DNA of 63,413 nucleotides from Planctomycetaceae bacterium (GTDB lineage Bacteria; Planctomycetota; Planctomycetia; Pirellulales; UBA1268): NCBI GenBank assembly GCA_005791575.1, contig SXWA01000142.1, positions 1 to 63,413 of the forward strand, read 5' to 3'. Shown piece by piece: positions 45,710 to 53,169 of this stretch (position 1 is its first letter; each line of letters starts with the position of its first letter). The notes under the pieces were generated by a model. It saw only the letters and a program-made list of their open reading frames with translations, ran no database searches and was not told where the DNA came from. The position numbers and the translations under genes were made by a program.

Positions 45710-47695
45710 ATGCCCGTGACCGTCCTCACGCGTCTGCCGCGCCGACTGGCGCTGGCCGCCATACTGGTCGCCGCCATACTGGTCGCCGCCGGGGCAGCGC
45801 GCGCCGCCGAGATCGCGCCGCTCGGCTACGAGCACCCGGGCCTGGTCGTCGATCTCGGGGTCGGCCTGTGGGCATGGCCCGTGCCGGCCGATGCCGACGG
45901 CGACGGCGACCTCGACCTCGTCGTTTCCTGCCCCGACAAGCCGTCCAACGGAGTCTGGTTGTTCGAGCGCCCGGGGGGTGACGAGGCGTTTCCGGTGTTC
46001 CGCCCCGGGAGGCGCCTCAGCGCCACCGTCCATTACGTGATGCCGAGCGTCGTCGGCGACACGACGCGGGTCCTCGGGCCGGGTGTCGAGTTCACCGACT
46101 TCCTCCGTGTGGGCACGGCCGCGCCCCGGCCGCTCCCGGTGGCGGCCAACTGGTACACACCGCGCTACGGCCAGCCGAAGGGACCGAAGGTGCGCCACAA
46201 CCAGTGGCGGCTGGCCGACGTCGACGACGACGGGCGGACCGATCTCGTGATCGGCATCGAGGATTGGAGCGACTACGGCTGGGACGACGGCTACGACGCC
46301 ACGGGCCGCTGGACCCACGGCCCGCTCCATGGCTTCGTGTTCGTGCTGTCGGGACTCGCCGACGGCGGCTTCGGGCCGCCGCGTCAACTCGAGGCGGACG
46401 GGCGCCCGATCGACGTCTTCGGCTGCCCCTCCCCCAACCTCGCCGACTTCGATGGCGACGGCGACCTCGACCTCCTCTGTGGCTCGTTCCTCGACGGCTG
46501 CACCTACTTCGCCAACCGGGGCACCCGCACGGCTCCCGCGTATGCAGCCGGTGTCGCGCTCCCCACGGCCGACGGCTCACCGCTGCGGATGGAGCTGCAG
46601 ATGATCGTGCCGGTGGCCTGCGACTGGGATCGCGACGGCCGCCCCGACCTCGTCATCGGCGATGAGGACGGCCGCGTGGCGGTGGCCCTGCACACCGGGG
46701 TGGTCGATGCGGCCGGCACGCCGCGTTTTACTCCCCCTGTGTATCTGCGCCAGGAGGCCGACCGGCTCAAGTGCGGGGCACTGGCGACTCCGGTCGGTGT
46801 CGACTGGGACGGCGACGGCGACGACGACATCCTCTCGGGCAACACCGCGGGGTTCATCGAGTGGTTCGAGAACCTCTCCGGGCCGCGGGTGGCCACACCG
46901 CGCTGGGCGGCACCGCGCCGGCTCGAAGCCGGTGGCGAGCCGTTCCGCGTGATGGCCGGACCGAACGGCAGCATCCAGGGGCCGGCGGAGGCGAAGTGGG
47001 GCTACACCACCTTCAGCGTCGCCGACTGGGACGGCGACGACCTCCCCGACATCGTCCTCAACGGGATCACGGGCGACGTGACATGGCTGCGGAACGAGGG
47101 CACCAGGCAGGCCCCGCGCCTCGCGGCCGCCCTGCCGGTGGAGGTGGAGTGGGATGACGCCCCCCCGCGCCTCGCCTGGGGGTGGCGCTTTCCCCGGGGC
47201 AACGCCCTCCTCACCCAGTGGCGGACGACGCCCGTGGCCCACGACGTGACCGGCGACGGACTCGTGGACCTGGTTATGCTCGACCACGAGGGCTTCCTCG
47301 CCCTCTACCCCCGTGCCGTGCGTGACGGGAGCCGGGTGCTGCTGCCGCCGCGGCGTGTGTTCCTCGACGAGGAGGGGCGGCCGCTGCGGCTCAATGCCGG
47401 CGCGGCGGGCAAGAGCGGTCGCCGCAAGCTCTGCATCACCGATTGGGATGGCGACGGCCGCTTCGACCTGCTCGTCAACTCGAGAAACGCCGATTGGCTC
47501 CGCCAGGTCGCGGCCGACGACGGCGGGTGGCGGTTCCGCACCATGGGCCCGCTGGCGCCGGCGAACATCGAGGGCCACGACGTCAGCCCGACGACGGTCG
47601 ACTTCGACGGCGACGGCGTCCGCGACTTCCTCGGCGGCGCCGAGGATGGACGTCTCTACTTCCTCGCCAATCCGCGCGGCGGGCTGCACCGGTAG
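45710..47695 (+). CDS. secreted FG-GAP/VCBS repeat protein
   Basis: ORF 45044..47695 trimmed to the ATG at 45710. Signal peptide present. Repeated DxDGDGDxDL calcium-loop-like motifs (DADGDGDLDLVV, DFDGDGDLDLLC, DWDRDGRPDLVI, DWDGDGDDDILS, DFDGDGVRDFL). Confidence 0.8.
   Translation: MPVTVLTRLPRRLALAAILVAAILVAAGAARAAEIAPLGYEHPGLVVDLGVGLWAWPVPADADGDGDLDLVVSCPDKPSNGVWLFERPGGDEAFPVFRPGRRLSATVHYVMPSVVGDTTRVLGPGVEFTDFLRVGTAAPRPLPVAANWYTPRYGQPKGPKVRHNQWRLADVDDDGRTDLVIGIEDWSDYGWDDGYDATGRWTHGPLHGFVFVLSGLADGGFGPPRQLEADGRPIDVFGCPSPNLADFDGDGDLDLLCGSFLDGCTYFANRGTRTAPAYAAGVALPTADGSPLRMELQMIVPVACDWDRDGRPDLVIGDEDGRVAVALHTGVVDAAGTPRFTPPVYLRQEADRLKCGALATPVGVDWDGDGDDDILSGNTAGFIEWFENLSGPRVATPRWAAPRRLEAGGEPFRVMAGPNGSIQGPAEAKWGYTTFSVADWDGDDLPDIVLNGITGDVTWLRNEGTRQAPRLAAALPVEVEWDDAPPRLAWGWRFPRGNALLTQWRTTPVAHDVTGDGLVDLVMLDHEGFLALYPRAVRDGSRVLLPPRRVFLDEEGRPLRLNAGAAGKSGRRKLCITDWDGDGRFDLLVNSRNADWLRQVAADDGGWRFRTMGPLAPANIEGHDVSPTTVDFDGDGVRDFLGGAEDGRLYFLANPRGGLHR
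45755..45790. repeat. 15-bp in-frame tandem duplication x2.4 (gccgccatactggtc; AAILV)
   Basis: Read directly. Lies within the signal-peptide h-region of the FG-GAP protein. Confidence 0.9.
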
Positions 47696-47746
47696 CAGGC
47701 CATCGACACGCTCGACCCGTGGCCGTTGTCCGCGCGAAGCACCGGC

Positions 47747-48046
47747 TCACTCGATCGACACACTCTGGCCGTCACTGCGGCTGCCGAGGTGGGAAAAGAC
47801 GGTGGCGTCGATCTCGTAGGTCAGGGAATGGACCGAGCCATCGGCGAAGTCGGCGTTGAACGAGGTCGGATGGGACGAGCCGAAGGCATCGCTGCCGTCG
47901 GTCTCGCCCCGGTGGTCACGGGCGGGCGGAATCGTCGTCAGGCGCATCGTGTCGTGATCCCAACCGGCCTCACGCACCGCCTGCACAGCGGGAAGGAGGA
48001 GGCCGATGAGCACGCCGATGATGGCGATCACTGAGGTGGACCCCAT
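47747..48046 (-). pseudogene. collapsed DUF1559 relic (both termini retained, central part missing)
   Basis: The 99-aa ORF keeps [22 protein letters not shown] and SSHPTSFNADFADGS ... VSIE. It lacks the G/FTLVE cleavage motif and roughly 270 central residues relative to 27961..29073. Confidence 0.6.
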
Positions 48047-48234
48047 TTGTTGGACAGTCGGGGGCCCTGTTTAAGGTGGAGCGCCACTGGGCGGTGGCCC
48101 GCGAGACCCACTCCAAGGGTCTCGCGCGGCCACGAGGCTGTTTACGGGTTGTGTTCCTGTTGGTGTTCTTTCGTTCTGAGTCCGTCTCAACGGAGATTTG
48201 AGCGCGAACGCGTTCGTCGCGTCATCTCTCGGCA

Positions 48235-48345
48235 TAGCAGGCTGTGGACAAACAGCCTGCTGCACGTCGTACCTTCGTGGAACGACTGCCGGGAGCGGGG
48301 CTCCCGGAAAAGCCCGGCGTTTCAAGCCGACACGACCAGTGGCCG
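48235..48345. repeat. five-hairpin interspersed repeat, copy C (forward, 3' part degenerate)
   Basis: H1-H4 are recognisable and H2 has an alternative stem (CGTCGT/ACGAC). Confidence 0.7.
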
Positions 48346-48364
48346 GAATCGGCGCCACCGGCCG

Positions 48365-49624
48365 TCAAGCAGCCGGCTCCTCCGCCCGCGGACGCCGCTT
48401 CCGCCACCAGCTGAGGAGCCCACCCCCGACCACGCCGACGGCTGCCATCACCATCGCCGACGGCTCGGGAACGACTGCCAGCGTGCCGCTCCGCTCCGAG
48501 AAACTGAAGTAGGTCCCCGGCTGGCCACCGCTGAATTGGCTGGAATACCAGGTGCCGTCGGCCGCCACACGGTTCCAGCTCAGCCCGGCATACGGCCCGG
48601 TGCCGTTGATCGACGAGATCGACGCCAGCGTGCCGCTCGAGGCGTTGGCCGCGAACTGGAAGAGGGGGAACTCGGCCTGGAACTGGTAGTAGGTCGACGT
48701 GCCGAGGCCGGCGAGATCGAGCTGCAGATCCCCGCCGAAGGCCATCGACCCGGCAGCGGTGCCGGTGACGATGATGGCGTCGGACGTGGGCCGCTGTCCG
48801 ACCCCCATCACGACCCGCGCCGAGCCCGACAGCGAGAGCGAGTCGACGGACATGGCCAGATAGGACGTGCTCGACGTCCCGCCAGGGAGCAGGGTGCCGC
48901 CATTCATCGTGACGGCGGCGAAGTCTGTCGGCCCGAGGATCGATGCCGTGCCGCTGGCGGTCACGGCCAGCGGGCCAGCGAACGACCCCACCCCGGTGCC
49001 GGTGACCAGGGTGCCCGCCGACACGGTGGTCGCGCCCGTCATCGTGGGCGACCTGAGGATCGACACCTGACCGGAGCCGGTCTTGTTGAGCCCGCCGCTG
49101 CCGGTGATCACGGTGTTGAACACCATCGGCGCACCGGTCACTGAAACGACCGTCGGCGAGGGACCGGGCAGGGCGAGCGACGTGACCGTGAACGTCTGCG
49201 TGTTGGTCGATGAATTGGCGATCGTCCCCGTGACCCCGAACGACGTGCCGCTGACCGTGAAGGAACCGGCTCCGATCGAAGAACCGCCCTGATTGGGCAG
49301 GAACGAAATCGATCGGTAGGTCACCATCGGCGCGGCGACGTCGTTGGTGGAGGAAAGCTGGTTGGCGCGATCGAAGACGAGGTCGTTGCCGTCGCGACCG
49401 ACGAACGGGGGAAAGATGATCGTGCCCCAGTTGGCTCCCTCCGACCACAGGCCGCTCGAGCCTCCCCCCTGCCAGGTGAACGAGGCGGCGGGTGCCGGCG
49501 CGGCGCCGATCAGGCAGGCGACACAGGCGACGAGTGTCGCTCCCCATGCCCAGGGCGCCATACCCAGACACGCAGGCCCCGCGAACGAACGACGGCAATC
49601 CCGATCCCATGCAGCAGCAGCCAT
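48365..49624 (-). CDS. PEP-CTERM-anchored protein with autotransporter-associated beta-strand-like repeats
   Basis: C-terminus VPEPSAMVMAAVGVVGGGLLSWWRKRR. Gly/Thr/Ser-rich repeats (GTLVTGTG, GGLNKTGSG). Alternative start at 49561. Confidence 0.75.
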   Translation of the reverse strand: MAAAAWDRDCRRSFAGPACLGMAPWAWGATLVACVACLIGAAPAPAASFTWQGGGSSGLWSEGANWGTIIFPPFVGRDGNDLVFDRANQLSSTNDVAAPMVTYRSISFLPNQGGSSIGAGSFTVSGTSFGVTGTIANSSTNTQTFTVTSLALPGPSPTVVSVTGAPMVFNTVITGSGGLNKTGSGQVSILRSPTMTGATTVSAGTLVTGTGVGSFAGPLAVTASGTASILGPTDFAAVTMNGGTLLPGGTSSTSYLAMSVDSLSLSGSARVVMGVGQRPTSDAIIVTGTAAGSMAFGGDLQLDLAGLGTSTYYQFQAEFPLFQFAANASSGTLASISSINGTGPYAGLSWNRVAADGTWYSSQFSGGQPGTYFSFSERSGTLAVVPEPSAMVMAAVGVVGGGLLSWWRKRRPRAEEPAA

Positions 49625-50060
49625 GAATACCCCCTGGAATCAATGAGAACGAGCGTGAACAACGTCCACCGATCGCGCCTGCCAGCCGTGCGGCCACGGC
49701 CAGCGAATGCCGCCGATCCGGGAGACAGTCGGTCAGCGCGATGCCACGCGGACGGGGCTCCCTGCCCGCCCCCCCAGTCGCTATTCAAATCGCGTGCCAC
49801 AACCGAGCGTTGTCGCTAGGGGCAGCCTGAAGAACGCGTCGAAAACGAAATTTTGCCGCGATTTCACCCCTTCGGCCGGGTCCGGAACCCGAGGCTGCAG
49901 GCGCATCGCGGGCGATCCACAACGGCGGAGGACTGTGGCGATTCGAACCAGTCACCCCCGCAGCTGGGGCAATCCACCCCATTCGAGGCCAATGGGAATG
50001 CAACCCATGACCGTTCCCCGGGGGCGCTGTGCGTCGCCGATGCCGCCACCCCTGAACAGG

Positions 50061-50184
50061 CCGTGGCCCGACACGGCCGAATGATCCGCGGGGCGGAAAC
50101 CGACGAGTTGCGTCCGAAAACCGCACATCGCGACCCGGCGCGAGCGGGTGCGGAAAAAGCAAAGTGCCCCGTCTAGGACTCGAA
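50061..50184. repeat. distal direct repeat of tRNA-Lys 3' end plus its downstream flank (att-like)
   Basis: 50165-50184 equals the last 20 nt of the tRNA at 55206-55225. There is a 23-bp exact core (aagtgccccgtctaggactcgaa). The adjacent roughly 100 bp matches 55041-55205 with scattered mismatches and one indel of about 60 bp. Confidence 0.8.
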
Positions 50185-50325
50185 AGATCGCTGTCTTCCC
50201 GGGAAAAAACGGCAGTCTGCCACGACGGTGGTGCCAAAACGGTGTCAGCCAATGACCTTTCCCCGGAACTGCTTCTGCTGGCTGCGCGACTCGCCAGCCT
50301 ACCCCCTCGGACGATCGAATCCCTC

Positions 50326-50453
50326 CTAGCAGCCCGTGGCCAAAGTCCATCCACGGCCTCTGGCCACTCGAAAAGCTGCGCTTTTCACGGGAGCTGCGCT
50401 CCCGGCACCTCATCCATGAGGTGCAGCAGGCTGTTTGTCCACAGCCTGCTAGC
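50326..50453. repeat. five-hairpin interspersed repeat, copy D (reverse orientation)
   Basis: Near-consensus copy. Termini CTAGCAGCCCGTGG ... CACAGCCTGCTAG form an imperfect inverted repeat. Confidence 0.9.
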
Positions 50454-50605
50454 TCTCGTGGCGAGCATGTCCGACGGGGATGACAGCCCCTGTGATGCTC
50501 CCCGGTCGGCGATGGTGAAGAAACAATCTCGACGAAAGGCACGCGAGCGCGGCCCCAGTCGCCAACGCCTCCGGCGGCGCTGAATCCACCGCCACCGTCC
50601 TGCCC

Positions 50606-51298
50606 CTACCCCGCCTCCGCCATTAGCTTGGCCACCACCTCCGGCACCCCGACCGTCGCGGGCTTTGCCACGGCCTCGAACCCGCCCCTGACCGCCATGT
50701 CGGGGATCTCCGGGTTCACCACGATCCGCCTGGCGTCCTTCCGGGCCTCGAACACCAAGCTCGCCGCCGGGTAGACCACCAGCGACGTCCCGACCACGAG
50801 CACGACGTCGGCCTCCCGGACCAAATCCGCCGCCTCCTCCATCGCCGGCACCGGCTCGCCGAACCAGACGATGTGCGGCCGGAGCTGGCTTCCCAGGGCA
50901 CAGCGGTCGCCGAGGTTGATGTCGCCGTCGCCCAACGGCGTCACGAGCGCGGGGTCCTTGGTGCTGCGGGCCGTGCGGATCTCCCCGTGAAGGTGAAGCA
51001 CGCGAGAAGATCCAGCCCGCTCGTGGAGGTCATCGACGTTCTGCGTGACGATCCGGACATCGTAGGCCCTCTCCAGTTCGACGAGGGCCCGATGCGCGGC
51101 GTTGGGCTTCGCCTCGCGGACGGCCCGGCGGCGCTCGTTGTAGAAGTCGAGCACGAGCTCGGGATCCCGCCGCCAGGCCTCGGGGCTCGCCACTTCCTCG
51201 GGCCGATAGCCGCGCCAGAGCCCGTCGGCGCCACGGAACGTCTTCAACCCGCTCTCGGCACTGATGCCCGCTCCCGAGATCACCACGACGGGTTTCAT
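50606..51298 (-). CDS. cobB: NAD-dependent protein deacylase (sirtuin, CobB family), Cys-poor zinc-module region
   Basis: GAGISAESGLKTFRG, TQNVDDLHERAG, HLHGE and VVGTSLVVYPA blocks. Only one Cys where the 4-Cys zinc ribbon normally sits. Confidence 0.9.
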   Translation of the reverse strand: MKPVVVISGAGISAESGLKTFRGADGLWRGYRPEEVASPEAWRRDPELVLDFYNERRRAVREAKPNAAHRALVELERAYDVRIVTQNVDDLHERAGSSRVLHLHGEIRTARSTKDPALVTPLGDGDINLGDRCALGSQLRPHIVWFGEPVPAMEEAADLVREADVVLVVGTSLVVYPAASLVFEARKDARRIVVNPEIPDMAVRGGFEAVAKPATVGVPEVVAKLMAEAG

Positions 51299-51422
51299 CT
51301 CGCCTCCACCGCCCGCGCGAGCGCGTCCAGCGGCTCCAGGTCAGCAAGCCGAAGGTCCGTCCCCACCTCCACCAGCGCCCCATCCGGCAGCCCGCTCGCC
51401 CGGACCAGCTCCAGCGAGTCTT
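51295..51422 (-). pseudogene. 3' fragment of an unknown gene truncated by the IS3 element
   Basis: The frame ...DSLELVRASGLPDGALVEVGTDLRLADLEPLDALARAVEAR ends in a TGA that overlaps the sirtuin ATG (ATGA). The frame is cut at the IS left end. Confidence 0.35.
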
Positions 51423-51455
51423 TGAGACGGCCTACTACTTCCGGACTGCGGGGAG
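51423..51455. repeat. IS3 terminal inverted repeat (orfB-proximal end)
   Basis: Exact reverse complement of 52683-52715. Confidence 0.9.
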
Positions 51456-51458
51456 GTT

Positions 51459-52376
51459 TCACACCGCAACAGCCGGGGCGTGATCGGCTTCGAACTGATC
51501 AGGCGTCCGGTATCCGAGCGCCTGGTGGATTCGCTTCGAGTTGTAGAAGGTGACGATGTACTCGAAGACGCATCTTCGGGCATCTTCGAGGTTGGTGAGG
51601 GTGACGTGGTTCGTCCATTCGTACTTGAGCGACCAGAAGAATCGTTCCGCGACCGCATTGTCGTGGCATGATCCTGGGCGGCTCATGGAGCACTCGAGTC
51701 CCATCGAGTTGAGCAGTCCTCGATAGGCCTCGCTTGTGTACTGGCATCCCTGATCGCTGTGGTGCAGCAGACGGGCGCCGATCGGCCTCCGCGACTCGAT
51801 TGCCTGCCGTAGTGCCGACGAGACGAGATCGGTGGCGAGTGAATCGCCGACCGACCAGCCAACGACCTTGCGGCTGAAGAGATCAAGGACGACGGCGACA
51901 TAGACCCATCCCTGCTCGGTCCGCAGGTAGGTAATGTCGGCCACCCATTTTCGATCCGGCGCCGAGGCGGTGAAGTCGCGGTCGAGGACATTGGAGGCTG
52001 GTTTCTTGGAGGGATCGACGATGGTCGTCGTCGGTCGGAATCGCTTCCGCACCTTGCTTTTCAGGCCTCGTTCCTGGGCTGCCCGCTGCACCGTGGTGCG
52101 GCACGCCACCTCGAGCCCGAGTCGCTCATCGAGTGTCTCGGCGATCTTCCGACTGCCGTAGATCTGACGCGATTCCGCGTCAACACGCCGGACCGAGTCG
52201 AGGATCCGCAGATGCCGAACGGCTCTCTGGCTCGGTGCCCTGCCAAACGCCTCGTAGTAGCCCGACGTCGAAACGCCAAGCACCTGGCACATGACCTTGA
52301 CGGGATAGGTGTCGCGATGGGCTCGGATCCAGGCGTGCTTCACGGCGACTCCCTCGCGAAGAACGTCGCTTTTTTT
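51459..52376 (-). CDS. IS3 transposase OrfB (DDE/rve), expressed as OrfAB by -1 frameshift
   Basis: The -1 frame from the A7 run reads KKSDVLREGVAVKHAW... DDE core WVADITYL ... HSDQGCQYTS ... DNAVAERFF. Confidence 0.85.
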   Translation of the reverse strand, partial: KKSDVLREGVAVKHAWIRAHRDTYPVKVMCQVLGVSTSGYYEAFGRAPSQRAVRHLRILDSVRRVDAESRQIYGSRKIAETLDERLGLEVACRTTVQRAAQERGLKSKVRKRFRPTTTIVDPSKKPASNVLDRDFTASAPDRKWVADITYLRTEQGWVYVAVVLDLFSRKVVGWSVGDSLATDLVSSALRQAIESRRPIGARLLHHSDQGCQYTSEAYRGLLNSMGLECSMSRPGSCHDNAVAERFFWSLKYEWTNHVTLTNLEDARRCVFEYIVTFYNSKRIHQALGYRTPDQFEADHAPAVAV

Positions 52377-52651
52377 AGGATCTCTCGCTCCAACTCCGCC
52401 CGCTTGAGCACCGCCTTCAGCCGCTTGTTCTCGTCCCGCAGCTCGTCGATGGTGGCTTCGGGGCCGCACTCCGGGATCGGTGGGGCGAACTTCGCCATCC
52501 ACTGTCGCATCGTCGGGTCGCTCACGCCGACGGCCTTGGCGGCCGCCGCGATCGAGTACCTCTGCTCCGTGACGAGACGTACGGCGTCACGCTTGAAGTC
52601 GTCGGTATACGTCTTCGGCCGCGTGCGTCGCGGGAAGCCTCTCCTGGCCAT
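52340..52651 (-). CDS. IS3 transposase OrfA (HTH)
   Basis: GGAGG 8 nt upstream of the ATG. YTDDFKRDAVRLV ... SIAAAAKAVGVSDPTMRQW, then a leucine-zipper-like ELRDENKRLKAVLKRAELEREILKKA. Confidence 0.9.
   Translation of the reverse strand: MARRGFPRRTRPKTYTDDFKRDAVRLVTEQRYSIAAAAKAVGVSDPTMRQWMAKFAPPIPECGPEATIDELRDENKRLKAVLKRAELEREILKKATFFARESP
52370..52376 (-). promoter_or_regulatory. programmed -1 ribosomal frameshift slippery heptamer A AAA AAA
   Basis: Run of 7 T on the plus strand at the orfA/orfB overlap. The reading frames on either side match OrfA and OrfB. Confidence 0.75.
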
Positions 52652-52682
52652 CTTTCGGTCCTCCGAGGGGGATTATCCTGCG

Positions 52683-52715
52683 CTCCCCGCAGTCCGGAAG
52701 TAGTAGGCCGTCTCA
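52683..52715. repeat. IS3 terminal inverted repeat (orfA-proximal end)
   Basis: Exact reverse complement of 51423-51455. Confidence 0.9.
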
Positions 52716-52961
52716 CACGACGCCGAAGGATGCCTCTTTCTCTCCATGGCCCGCCCGAAGGGCGGTGCATCCGGGCGGCGAGCCGCCGCCCTCTGCTGGG
52801 ACTCCACTCCCAGAGTCGGCACGACGCACCCAGGGGCCGACGTCGATCGAGAAACGCGGGACGACTCGCGATGTCGGATCGATCAGGACAGTGCGACGAC
52901 GAGTCCCGGCGCCGTCAGCATGCGCTCGACCACCACGCAGCGCTTGCCGGAAGGCCGCTCT

Positions 52962-53165
52962 TCACCCACAAATTCCGCCGAGGAGCCTGAGAACAAACAC
53001 CTTGTGGCTGGAATATAGAATGCGAGTGACCAGCCGGTATTTGTTCCCACCGACATTGAAAACGACGCAATTACAGAATCGCTCCGAGGACATGGCGATC
53101 AGGCCGGGGGAGGGAAAGCCCGACGCGAACACAGGCTCACCGGAGTGGGAGCACCACCGATAGCC
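52962..53165 (-). pseudogene. higB: HigB-family toxin relic
   Basis: The minus-strand frame reads ...GYRWCSHSGEPVFASGFPSPGLIAMSSERFCNCVVFNVGGNKYRLVTRILYSSHKVFVLRLLGGICG*. The core VFNVGGN-x-[LY]R-[VL]V matches the HigB (PF09907-type) signature as recalled from E. coli HigB. The N-terminus is missing and the C-terminal THxEYD is lost. Locally AT-richer DNA. Confidence 0.45.
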
Positions 53166-53169
53166 GCGG

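Larger units (their letters stand above)
51423..52715 (-). mobile_element. IS3-family insertion sequence, 1293 bp, apparently intact
   Basis: Perfect 33-bp terminal inverted repeats TGAGACGGCCTACTACTTCCGGACTGCGGGGAG (51423-51455 and 52683-52715), 5'-TG...CA-3' ends, orfA/orfB with an A7 slippery site. No clear target-site duplication (flanks ctt / cac). Confidence 0.9.

Noticed and set aside
49925-49960. tRNA-like T-arm sequence (gtggcgattcgaaccagtc)
   Set aside because: GATTCGAAC resembles a reverse-complemented T loop, but the flanks do not pair as a 5-bp T stem with a 7-nt loop. No acceptor or anticodon arms can be built.
50606-51298. Sirtuin as an anti-phage SIR2 effector (Thoeris/DSR/SIR2-HerA type)
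   Set aside because: It has canonical CobB length and motifs with no SLOG/TIR/HerA or large sensor partner. The islet context alone is insufficient.
52716-52961. HigA antitoxin or the missing 5' half of the sirtuin-coupled gene between the HigB relic and the IS
   Set aside because: None of the three minus-strand frames gives an HTH-like or otherwise convincing protein. The frame that would join across the IS is Arg-rich and implausible.
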